DNA from: Camelus ferus
Lineage: Eukaryota
NCBI RefSeq assembly: GCF_009834535.1
Contig: NC_045696.1
Coordinates: 80,540,001-80,604,000, forward strand
Length of the DNA stretch: 64,000 nt
Reading direction: 5' to 3'
Below the pieces are notes generated by a model, which saw only the letters and a program-made list of their open reading frames with translations, made no database searches and had not been told where the DNA came from. The position numbers were made by a program, and so were the translations under genes. Positions 25,726 through 36,200 of this stretch are shown piece after piece. Each line of letters opens with the position of its first letter. The first letter of the stretch is position 1.

Positions 25726-27459
25726 TCTAGTATTCAGTCACTCCTTGATTCAGTCAGAAGTCATACTCACTCACTCCTCCTTTCCACCCCAAATCTCAAA
25801 GAAGAGAGGCTGACAATATCTTGATACCAGAGGCCTTCATAAGTTTGAGTAGAAGAGAACGTGGATGGCAGTTTGCAATAACAGTTTTCTTTAAGCATCT
25901 GCACAAGTCACACATTTCTCATATATCCTGAAGCTGAAGAGTCTGACCCAAAACTGAGCTTCCCCATGTTTGGTTTCCCAAACCCAACATTTGACCAGCC
26001 GAACTTTTTTTTACTGTCAAGCTCAAGCCCCAGCCTCTAAATAGGATTCTATCATAAAAGGAGCTGTTGTGCAAAGTTACTCAGCACTAATAGCTGCAGC
26101 TTCTGTTTTAACTGCCGGTCCCACTCTCATTTGAATATCCTTCTTTTTCCTGGGCAAGCGTCCCAAAAGCTGTTTGTTCCTTTTTCTACATTATACTGAT
26201 TGTAAAACGCCTCCTGGGTCCCCTTGACACCACGGCCATCAGTATGTTTGAAGAGTAAACCTGGGTGGTGAGAGGATTTGAACTACTGAATGCAAGAAGA
26301 GAGCCGCCAGGGAAAAGTTATTAAGACGATATCAACCAGAACAGAAAAGGTCACAGGATTAGGAGGAGAATCACATTTGATGTAAAAGACATGCCGGTGA
26401 CGAGCACCATCTGAACGTGGAAAGTTTTAATATGTTTAATGTGCTGTCTGGAAGTGTGTACTCAAAAGAATGCTCCAGGAAAACTCTGGCTGTGTAGTCT
26501 GTCTAGGGGAAACAAAGGCTTTCAAAAACAAGAAACAAAAGGGAAAAAAAAAAAACTCACTCCCAAGAAAATGACATGCTAAATGCTGATCAACAGAAAC
26601 AGGCAAAAGTCAAGACAAGTGGACATGACTGAGGCAGCTTTAACGTCCCGTCTACCAGGGCACGCCTGTTAACATGCTATACCAAGCTGGCGGGAAGGAC
26701 AAGTCTTCTGTTTACATTTAAGGAGATCTACTTCCTGAGGAAGAGACATTAAGAATACTCATTAAAATTTAATATTCTGGGAGCTTAAAAGAAAAAAGAA
26801 AAGCAAGATGTAAGTAAAAATGACAAAATATTTGCTACGTGCTGTGTTTAGTCAGGACAAGAGGCATCTAAACCTATCCCCACCCCACTGATTCCCTTTA
26901 CATTCACTAAGAATATAAAGCGGCATACCACCATCATGGAGGTTATAACTGTCACATATTAAATAAGAAAATCAGTAAATTCGATGTTAACACTCTGTTC
27001 TTAACCTAATGGTTTATTTAAGTGGCAGCTGCTGTAATTCTTCAGAGATTATTAAAATATTAAACCAACATAACAAGTTGGAAATTAGGCTGATGTTTAC
27101 TCTTTCATGTGAAAAACTAGTTGCTACTTCTTAAAATCTCTATGATGTACCAAAAGTCCTTAACAGAGTTAAATTAATACACCACTAGGTTCTGAAAATG
27201 TTTCAGAACATTAGGTTCTGAAACGTAACATATGAAACACTAATATTTTGATTACTGACGGGCATTCACTGTAATTTATATAGCCACACACAAAAATTCA
27301 GGTGGAAACCTGACTTTTATACTTTAAGAATAGTATGCAGTTAGGCATATTAAAGGGAGCAAACTTTATTTAGCTGTGTTGATCTACTCAGAGGTAGAAT
27401 TATACTTGGAGACACAGAGCTACTTTATCTAGAAAACAATAGTTAAAAATAAAGCTGTT

Positions 27460-28495
27460 TAATTTCACCCCTAGGTATATACCCAAGAGAAATGAAAACA
27501 TACATCCAGAAATAAATTTGCACACAAATATTCATAAAGGCCAAAAAGAGCGAACAACAATCCAAATGTCCATCAACTGACTAACTGATAAATAAAATGT
27601 GGTATTAGCCATACAACAGAGTATTATTTAGCAATAAAAAAGGTAAAAAGTTCAGGTATACCTCACTTTATTGAGCTTTTGCTCTGTTGCACTTCAGAGA
27701 TACTGTGGTTTTTACAAACTGGAAGTTTAATGCGGCAATCCCATGTGAAGCAAGTCTATCAGTGCCATTTTTCCAACAGTATTTGCTCACTTCGTGTCTC
27801 TGTGTCACAGTTTGGTAATTCTTGCAATATTGCAAACTTTTTCATTAGTATTATATTTGTTATGGTGATCTGTGATTAGTGAGCTTTAATGCTACTACTG
27901 CAAAAAGATTGCAACTCACTGAAGGCTCAGATGATGGTTAGTATTTTTTTAACAATGTAGTATTTTTAAATTAAGGTATGCACAGTGTTTTTTTAGACAT
28001 GATATTGTGCACTTAAAAGACTACAGTACAGTGTAAACAGAACTTTTACATGCACTGAGAAACCAAAACCTTCATGTGACTCACTTTACGGTGACACCCA
28101 CTTCGTTGCGGTGGTCTGGGACTGAACCTGCCGTATCTCAGTTACGCCTGTACTGACACACGACAACATGGATGAGCCTTAAAAGCATTATGCTCAGTCA
28201 AAGAAGCCAGACATAAAAGACCACAAATTGTATGATTTCATTTATATAAAATATCCAGAATGGGCAAATTATCTACAGAGATAGAAAGTAGGTTTAGTGG
28301 TTGCCTGGAAACTGGGGAGAGAAGGGAACAGAGAGGGACTGCTAGCGGGCTTCCTTTTAGGGTGATAAAATGTTCAAAAACTAACTGTAGTTGTGGTTGC
28401 ACAATTCGGTGAATATAATCAATTCTGTCAAACTGTACACTTTAAATAAGTAAATTACATAGGCTGTGGATTGTATCTCAATAAATCTCTTAAAT
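27460..28495 (+). mobile_element. Ancient L1M (L1MB-like) 3' end, split by a Tigger1 derivative
   Basis: ctaggtatatacccaagagaaatgaaaacata...aaatgtccatcaactga; after the insert, acaacatggatgagcctt...aagaagccagac...tatctcaataaa. Confidence 0.88.
27653..28150. mobile_element. Internally deleted Tigger1 derivative (about 500 bp)
   Basis: Ends caggtatacctc and tcagttacgcctg|ta resemble the Tigger1 TIRs. Internal blocks aagtctatcagtgccatttttccaacag and ctgaaggctcagatgat match the Tigger1 left and right arms. Confidence 0.9.
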
Positions 28496-30539
28496 AAGGA
28501 AATCCGTGAAGTTCCTTCTGTCCATCTTGGGTATTTATTATTGTTGTTCTTGCTCATCTCTTAGTTGATAAATACTTTTTGAAATCATCACTCATAATGA
28601 GAATGGCTTTTCATTTTAAGAATAGAATCATCCTTTTCCTGCTACCTACATAAAATAACAAAACATGGTTTCCAACTTAACATGACTTCAGATAATGAAA
28701 ATTAACAGCATCTCTTTTTTAGAGAGCCAGCACAGAGCAGAGAATCTTGCCAAGGACTCATCTTAATTAAATCCAGAAACCATCAGGACAGAAATCAGGA
28801 GGAGGAGGGCTGTGGGGACTGAAGAGCTTTCTCATAACTGTGGTGGTTCTTTTGCATATAAAGAAATGTTTAGAATGTCCTCCACACAGCTGCAAAGTAT
28901 TAAGAACACTGTAAACACTTACAAGGTAAGCTTCACCATATACACTCCTAACAGAAATGGAGAGGCAGGGCCAGTGGCCAGTGGTTGGCTCCTTACAGTG
29001 GTATAATTTGGGAGGTGCAGGTGCCTCTCCCTTAAAATGTCACCCTGGGGTCTGTCGGACGGTGCCTGCAATGTCCATCACTGAAGTCAGCCCTGTGCCT
29101 CCGAATGGTCCTTGTTAAGATGAAAAAGTACTGCCTCACAGGGACAGCACAATAAAACCTCAGAAAACATCAGCATAGATAATTTTCTCTGTTGTGTGCC
29201 CTGTGTCCCGATCCTTTCACACAAACCCACCTGAGCACCACACTGCGTGTGCTCTTAGGAGCAAGCAGTCAACACGGGCAGATGCCCCAGGCAAGCACTC
29301 AGAACTCATGCCGTCCCAGCCTCTCGGGTCCTGTCTTGGATCCTCACTTTCATTTCCTATTCTTCTCGGTGACCACCCCCCACAACTGGCTCTCCCCTTC
29401 CCCTACTTCCTCCCTGGTATTTCTCCATCATTTCTGTATTTGCTTGCTCTTCGGGCCTGCCTTCCCCTTGTGCCTTAGCCCAGGCTCCACACACAGGCCC
29501 TGAGGACTCTACCAGACGCAGCTCAGCCAAAGCCAAATGTGAGGGCCCAAAGGAAAGAGGGAAGGCTTGAGGGAGTGAGGGAGACACAGAATGGGGACTC
29601 GGGGGGCAGAGAGAGACAGAAAACCAGCAGCACACGGGCCACTGCGTAGACCGAGCTCAGGGACACAGAGGCAGCACCAAGGCAAGATAAACCTCGGGCC
29701 GCTCCTGCTGAGAGGGGTGTTTCAAACACTCTGCCCACTCAACAACTGCGCCCCGTTCCTGGGAAGTTCAGGGTCCCTGCTAGTCAGCAGCTGGGCTCAC
29801 ACAGCCTATGGATGTCCAGGCTCCCAGCACAGTCAAACACACTCACTCATTAGAAAGACCGGAACACTTCCTCCCGATGGCATTTTTCTAGAGTCAGTGC
29901 CCTCCCCATCTGAGAGAGCTTGATATTTGTGACTGTTTACAAAAGACTAATTAAGAAATGTTCCCACTTCTTGGCTTTACAGAAAGCTTCTTGGATGAAC
30001 ATAAAATGTGGTTTTATTTACCAAAATTATTAAACAGGTTCTACTTAAGAGCTGAGGTAGATACACAGAGTAGAAAACACCACGTGGCCTTCTGAGGCGG
30101 TCCCAACTTTTCAGTCTTTGCTCATTTCTGGGTACAAAACAGTTTACTTCTGAAGAGAAAATTGGAAAATCCCAAGGGCTCTGTATGTTGGCTTACAAAC
30201 TACAAAAGGCCAATTTATGCAAAGTGAATTACAGAAATGAGGGAAAAACCATCAACACACAGGAATGGTGCACAACAACAGGGACGGGTGGCCCAGGTCT
30301 CCTAGGGACGTGTGTAAACTGGAATCCGGTGACAACATTTGAGAGCCCTTTAGCAGCTTTCCGAGTTTAGTCATATTTAAATATCTTGCGCTTCTTAATC
30401 TTTTAATCAGTGAAAAGAAAGGAGATCCAACACCGCCTCTTGAAACCAGCCACGGCACTACTGAGACCTTCCCGTGAGTGGCGGGCGCAGAGTGGGAGAA
30501 GGACGACAAGAGGCAAGGACAAAGCACGGACTACGCTTG

Positions 30540-31145
30540 GGTTTTATCTCAGGTGCAAGCAGGACAGCGATATGATGCATTTATGTTTCCAGAAGAGCAG
30601 ACTGCTGTGTGGCAAATGCTCTCTGGTGAGGCGAAAGTAAGAGCAGTGAGACCAGGGAGAAGGGCTGTCCTACCCTGGGGAGAGCTGTTGTGGAAATGCA
30701 GTGGACGCGGCAAAGCGTGGTTTCAGCAGTGTTCCTGAGAGAAGGTCGACCGGACCTGGTGACAGACTGGAACACAAAGATGAGAAGAAGCAAGTGGAGC
30801 CTCCGGAGCTGGAGAGGAACGGAGGTAAGGAAGCAGAGGCTCTGTTTAGAGAATTACTGCTGTAAAGGGGAGCAGAGTATGACGTGGTAACAGGAGGGAA
30901 ACATGGAGTCAAGGAAGGGGGTCTGGTTTAGTTGGGTGGGCGAGAGGTGTAGTTATTTATGTGCTTAAGGTAAAAGACACTACGATAGGTTGGTGGAAAT
31001 GAGCCAAGAGAGAGAATCAGGAGTCAGGAAGGGAGATACCCGTACCAGTGGCAGAAAGGGAAGTTTATTCAACTGATAAATATTTATTAAGCACCTATTA
31101 GATGTTCTTTGTTCTTAAGAAGTTTACAGTCTAATGCAGGAGAAA
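30540..31145 (-). mobile_element. L2 fragments
   Basis: Purine-rich degenerate L2 body, plus tattcaac...atatttattaagcacctatt at about 31066-31140. Confidence 0.5.
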
Positions 31146-32098
31146 GTAATATATATATAATTATAAATAATAATAAATTATATATAAGCCACAAAGTATG
31201 ATCCAACAGAGGGATACACAATGTATTAATGTACTGTGATGGACAAAGAATGTTAATGTATGACTGGGGTAGGGGGGCAATGTACTAATTTCAAGTAAGT
31301 GGCCAATTAACTCATCTGAATTATTAATATATTTTGGGTATATATTTTTCAAGCAACTGTTCCCAATTCTACTTTTCATAAAAATGACATTTATTTAGTA
31401 CAAGACTGAGGGAACCCAGTTTCAGTAGTCAATTAAAATATGTAAATAATGTTATCAGAGACAATACTTCCATCTCTAATAATTTTTAAAGTCTTACTTA
31501 CCGCTTAAATTTTTTCCCACGTGCTACAGGAACGACCTCAGGAATAACTTTTCTACTCTGTAATGTTAAGTAACTAGTGACAAAAGAGGTTTATGGAAAG
31601 TAAGTATCATCATTTCCTGAGCAGCAGGCCCTACACTTGGAAAGACTGCTCCAGCAGCCGGGGGGGTTTACACATACATGTGCATCTCTTGTTGGGGGTC
31701 ACCCACTGTGTGAGATCAAAACCCAACCTACCCTCTGGGCATCCTGCTCTGGCCAACCAGGCAAGCCAGTTAAGCACAGTGTCTAACATGAGCAAATGGC
31801 AGGTTTTTTCCCCAAAGACTTGTACATATTTTCAAAATGATTCACTTTAAAACCCAGACTTTTTCTTTTTTTGATGTTTCAAGAATACTAACTGGATTAG
31901 ATAAGATTTGCTTTCTCAAAAACTGTAATTTCTGATAGTCTTAAAAATTATACAGTTATTCTACGATGAAAACCCTTACATCTAGCAAACTATAAAGGTT
32001 CAAAATCACAGATCTGTGAATCACAAAATAAAACAACTTCTGGGCTTATGTTTCTCCCTTAGACAATCTGACTTAAATTCCCCTCCTGCTGCACCGAC

Positions 32099-32209
32099 CT
32101 GCTGAGCTGCATCTCCATTCACCAAGTGAGGCATCATGGCTACCTCTCCATTCAGCAACGGTGGCAGTTCCAGAGGGATCTGGTCGGTCATCATCATTGT
32201 GACGTACAT
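32099..32209 (-). CDS. FNDC3B: FNDC3B first coding exon (exon 2), codons 1-37: MYVTMMMTDQIPLELPPLLNGEVAMMPHLVNGDAAQQ
   Basis: The translation matches the recalled N-terminus of fibronectin type III domain-containing protein 3B. The 111 nt end at donor CAG|GTCGGT (GT at 32098-32097), phase 0. Confidence 0.97.
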
Positions 32210-32237
32210 TCATGGAGAATTTCCCTCAACTGGCTTC
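32210..32237 (-). other. FNDC3B: 5'UTR part of FNDC3B exon 2 (28 nt); whole exon 32099-32237 = 139 nt
   Basis: Acceptor atttttctttcAG|GAAGCC, with AG at 32239-32238 and a good polypyrimidine tract. An in-frame TGA lies immediately before the ATG. Confidence 0.9.
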
Positions 32238-32409
32238 CTGAAAGAAAAATCACCATTTTTTTAAAAAGGACTCAGAACCCCCAAAATTCACCTGTAACAA
32301 GTCAACAATTTAAGTGAACTGTCATGAGGTCAGCTGAAACTCAAATTCTTCCATTTGTGTTATTGTGTTAGGCCCCTAAAAGGGGTGAAGCGAAGGCAAG
32401 GAAATAGCC

Positions 32410-32685
32410 TGAACCAGGAGACCACAGACCTGAGTCTCCAAGTGGCCAACTGAACTCAATGTCCAGTGCCTCAGCTCTGTCATTTACTTATAAATTTTAA
32501 AAACATATGAATATATGTTTACACTATTATTCATTATGTTAAAAATGTTAAATTTTAAAAGCATGAATAATAGTAACTCCGCTAACCGCAAGAATCCTTC
32601 TGAGAATAAAATGAGGTGGCATTTTGAGGAGGTGAAAGTGTCAAACGAATACTGGTCAGCGGCCAGTGTTTGTTATCATTATCTT
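32410..32685 (+). mobile_element. Degenerate MIR with an AT-rich interruption, just upstream of exon 2
   Basis: cagacctgagt...gtgcctcagctctgtcattt...aataatagtaac...tgagaataaaatgag. Confidence 0.5.
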
Positions 32686-33240
32686 TAAGGTAATCATAGA
32701 AAATAAGGCCAAAGAGAATGACCTATAAGAACAGTTTATCTTTTTTATTAGGCTCCAAATACTGTTCATAAGCAGTTAATCCAACCAAATACACAAAGGT
32801 TAACTACCTACACTGCAACTGCTGCAATTTCTGATCTTGCCATTAATTTGGTAATTAATCATATTCTAAATATCTCTCTCCCATCATTTCCTTGAATTGA
32901 ATTTAACCTGTTGCACATTTACATCTTTATCCCTTGTGTATATCTTGAGCTTTCCTGCATCTGACAGTACACGACACCTTGTACAGAACAAGGCTGAAAC
33001 ACAGATTCCATTGTTTCCACATAACAAATGATTTTCATTTAAGTATTTAAAACAACACCAAGACCACTTTCACTCCTTAACAGTACTTGCCACGAATATC
33101 TAGCTTTTCAATGAAACATCAGGAAAATAACAATAAATTCTTATTTAGAGTTATAATCTGTTCTTTAAGAAGCATACATGGATCCTTCACTTACACCTAA
33201 AATTTTTGCCACAAAAAGTTTAACAGCATGGACAAAGAAT

Positions 33241-33242
<2 letters not shown>

Positions 33243-33283
<41 letters not shown>
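33243..33283 (+). repeat. (AC)20 microsatellite
   Basis: Read directly from the sequence. Confidence 0.97.
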
Positions 33284-33284
<1 letters not shown>

Positions 33285-36200
33285 TATTTTAAGTCAGTTC
33301 AGAAATAAACTGCCATACAGGTCATTTAAATTTTTTTCTCATTCATAAAAAAGTCCCCCATTCAAAAAAAAATTTGAATACTTTCAAATTCAAGAGTATT
33401 TGGTAAATGAATCCTTTAATACTCAGTACCCAAATCAGGCAAAACAGTGGGGCAAATCCTTCAATAATTATCTCTAATTTGTCTCAGGTGTGACAGAAAT
33501 AAATTATTTCTTCTCATTCTCAAACACCTCCATTCTAAACATTAAACATATCTCCCTTCCACCAATCCCATCCAAAAGAAACTCCTTCCCTGGAAGTATC
33601 AAAAGCCGCCCAAGAGATTGTAAACTTTTTCATTGTAAATAGGTAAAATTTTACACTATTCATTATAACCTCATTTGAAGAAATTAATTATTTTAAGCAT
33701 GAGACAATGAAGTCTTGTCCCTAAGAGGGAAGTACATTCTATAATAACAGGTCTTATAATTCAGTGTTAACAGTACCATCATGCTGTTTTATGAGGCAAT
33801 TATTCAGTTCCTAAACAAATAAAAGTACAAAACCCAAGGCCAATAGTTTATCCTAATGTAGGAAAGATTCTTCCACAATAAAATTAACGAAGATAACTTC
33901 CACTGACACTATCATGACATCGCTGATTGATTCTGAGCAGCACTACTAATGGGTACTAATGTCCATCTCAACTCTACTTCTAATATACTTAATCCTATAG
34001 TGCATGAGAAAAGAATGGCTACTTTCCCTCACACTCATGATATTACACAGGTCTATTTCCTAAGTGTAATGCTTTATTTAATATTTCTTCAACACTGCAG
34101 GTTGGATAAACAGGGCAGTAATTTACATTAGGGGTCTGAGGATAAAGCATCCAGTGGGAAACAAGCACTCCTGTGCTCACATCCACCTTGTCCTCTCTCT
34201 TCCCTAAAGAGTTACAAGACGCTTGTTGGTGAGCTTATGGAGATATGGCTCTGTCCTCCCCCCTCTCCTCTGCCGAAGTAGTGAGCACTGAAGTCTTCTC
34301 CCATATGGAATGGTCCTGGTGATGTCACAGACAAGCATAAAGATGGAACCTGCTCTCTCTTTTTTCACCCAAAAAATCAGAAGAGTAAACTGATTTTCCA
34401 GGGCCTGCCTCTAGGTCCTTCCATCAGGACAGAGTAGTAAATAATGACACAGGTTTAGGGGACTCAGGGGCTGAGGGGGAAGAAGGATGAAGGTCCTTAG
34501 GACCTGCTCTGGGCTGAAGCTATTTAAGTCCCATGTGGTCCAAGTCAGCTAACTGAAGTTTTCGATATTGGGGTCTGAGACTCAAATCCAGTTAACAGTG
34601 CTATTTTGTTTCTATTTTTTGTTGTTTCAGGGTCAGCGGGGGGAGACACACACAGGTACTGGCAGGAGGATATAACTGCGATCTTGTATAAAATTCAGGC
34701 ACCCCTGGTTGCCCGTCCCTAATGCCAAAGAATGTCTCAACACCAACATTATGTCTAACACTGACAATCCCAATTTAAGAAACCTCTGGTTGGCAGCGTA
34801 GTAAACAACTAGTAAACAACAGGACTTGCGATCAACAAAACAGCAATCCAGCCCGGCTAGGTAGCACTCTTAAGCACAGGTGTCAAGTCCAAATTGTAGA
34901 GTTAAACCCCAATTCCAAGTGTGGGATAAAAGGACAGACCCCTGGTCCACAAACGTCTCACGGGTGTAGGATGAGATAGCATGGGGCCTGTATGTAGTAG
35001 CAAAAACCCCAAAGAAGCCAAATCCACTGGCACAAAGAGATCATTTCATTTGCTTCTGAAAACTGTAAAGGCAACTTGAGTAATGCAGCTATTCTATACA
35101 GAAAAAGATGCCTGAATCCTGTATTTTTACTACTAGCTGATGGATTATCCATCTCACAGATGTGCTGTGGTTGCTGCAGATTAACGGGAGGGGAGCAAGG
35201 GAGGTGAAGATGGGGGGAACTGCACATTAAAAAGTGAACTGTATGTACAGTCACTCCTTAGACAGCATACAGTGGAGATTTATGAACATCATACACTCCT
35301 GGTGTTTCAACTCAACCACTTTTAATCACGGAGAAAAATGGAAGAATGAACAAAGTCAACCCTGCCACAGAATCTCACTTCTCATAACCGAAGTTGTTCA
35401 TCCTCTTTCCGTAGGCCACCATCTTGCTAAAATCCAAGGCCTACCTTCTAATCCCTAAGAGTTTCACCAAAGGTAAACTAGACTTCATCCTGACTGGAAT
35501 GCAAGGTAAGAGACTGATCTAGATGGGTGATTCACGCAGCCAACAATGTTTAAATATCCCTTTCTACACTCCATGTACATACATAGGATACATCTATTTG
35601 CCTGGAATGCAACGGACATACAGAAAGAGCAATCAATTATCTCTAGCCAAAATAACGCACAGCTATTTAACAAGGCAACTGCCTGCCAACCCGTCCTTAA
35701 ATTATCATAGAACAGGAAGAATTTAGTGCCGTGGACTACAAAAAGGACAAGAGAAAAGGCAGGAAGTATTACAAAAGAATGAAAACCGTAGATGCAAAAC
35801 ATAGTTTAGGATACAAAGAAGTATGTACTATGGCTATTACCATATTTTGGGTTAATCTCTAGTGATGGAGGAGGTTGAGAGGGAGAGTAATGACTTTTCC
35901 AACTACAAATGGGAAGTCAAATGATCAGGTTGTAAATTGGGAAAACCACTCAGCCCCTAACTACTGACAGTTAAAGAAGGTTAAGTTGGGCCAAGAGACT
36001 TGGGAAGGCTTGCCATGAATCAATCATTTAATGGTGACAGCTTCCCAAAAGTGAGTCTCCTGTTTTGGCTGGTAACCCACACAAAATTACACGTGTACTC
36101 AACTTAAACAGGTACGCCTCAGCCCCACTGCTCTGGGGAGACCTGGAGAATGTGACATGCCTAAGAAAGCCGATGGAACTTTTAAAATGAAATTAAAAGG

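Noticed and set aside
27679..27879. 66-aa ORF within the Tigger element
   Set aside because: It lies in the non-coding arm of an internally deleted element, so it is not transposase.
29190..30912. Cluster of ORFs in a GC-richer stretch
   Set aside because: ORFs occur in many frames on both strands, as expected from stop-codon scarcity. The stretch is partly L2-derived, is not a CpG island and shows no known protein.
32021..32098. C-terminal part of the 62-aa ORF (VGAAGGEFKSD...)
   Set aside because: It is intron read-through past the exon 2 donor; the true frame continues in exon 3.
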